Shown: positions 63,709 to 64,000 of the stretch, piece after piece
Layout of the letters: the number at the start of each line of letters is the position of its first letter
Numbering within the stretch: the first letter of the stretch is position 1
From: Nitrospirota bacterium
GTDB lineage: Bacteria; Nitrospirota; UBA9217
NCBI GenBank assembly: GCA_963741205.1
Contig: CAVUHW010000026.1
Span: 317,395-381,394 of the forward strand
Length of the DNA: 64,000 nt
Reading direction: 5' to 3'
Notes under the pieces: generated by a model
The model's input: the letters and a program-made list of their open reading frames with translations, nothing else
Database searches by the model: none
What the model was told of the DNA's origin: nothing
Position numbers and translations under genes: made by a program

Positions 63709-64000
63709 TTATTTTATCCTCTGCGATATCTTCTTGAACTCCTCCGTGCCCGCAACCTTGAGGAGTTGGAACAACACCGTCTCGGTGCAGGTAACGACCG
63801 CCCCCGCGCTCCGCATGAGCTCGATGCCCGTTCTCCAGTTTTCCTCGGTGCGGGAACACACGGCGTCCTCCACCACATGAACGTTCACACCCGCGTTGAG
63901 CAGCCCCACGCGGTCTGGAGCACGCAGATATGGGTCTCCATTCCGGTTACGATGACGGTTTTTTTGTTGTGCTTCTTCAGCTCCTGCAGGAAGACCGGTT
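63709..64000 (-). CDS. isochorismatase family hydrolase (3' part; frameshift near 63910)
   Basis: VTGMETHICVLQT; VHVVEDAVCSR; TETVLFQLL..AGT. Confidence 0.85.
   Translation of the reverse strand, partial: TGLPAGAEEAQQKNRHRNRNGDPYLRAPDRVGLLNAGVNVHVVEDAVCSRTEENWRTGIELMRSAGAVVTCTETVLFQLLKVAGTEEFKKISQRIK

Overview
Chromosomal window from a moderately GC-rich bacterium, probably a Nitrospirota- or Desulfobacterota-like anaerobe (inferred from gene content only). Housekeeping content: sdhCAB, a livKHMGF-type ABC operon with a CBS-ACT gene, polX, an atypical pgk, an OFA-family MFS transporter, acuC, groES/groEL with a perfect CIRCE box, ftsEX-envC-ctpA, split transketolase, tRNA-Leu(CAA), ychF, a TPM/LemA cluster and a trxB fusion. 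Many conserved genes carry single-base frameshifts (groEL, ftsE, ftsX, envC, livG, ychF, trxB), most simply explained as long-read indel errors. The intergenic space is unusually rich in small mobile or palindromic DNA. It holds two related IS200/IS605 elements with reciprocal tnpA/tnpB deletions, two decayed RAYT-like (Y1 HUH) transposase relics, and about 10 copies of their terminal motif, one inverted pair of which brackets a vapBC module. It also holds a 23-bp direct repeat separating accessory genes, several families of 7-, 8- and 9-mer inverted-repeat hairpins, and nested ~200-bp structured elements. Best protein-level leads: a recoded UGA (selenocysteine, UxxC plus SECIS-like hairpin) in an orphan GrdB/PrdB-like gene, and an HD(Mesh1/SpoT-like)-CBS-like-HEPN fusion that could be a self-regulating, nucleotide-sensing RNase.
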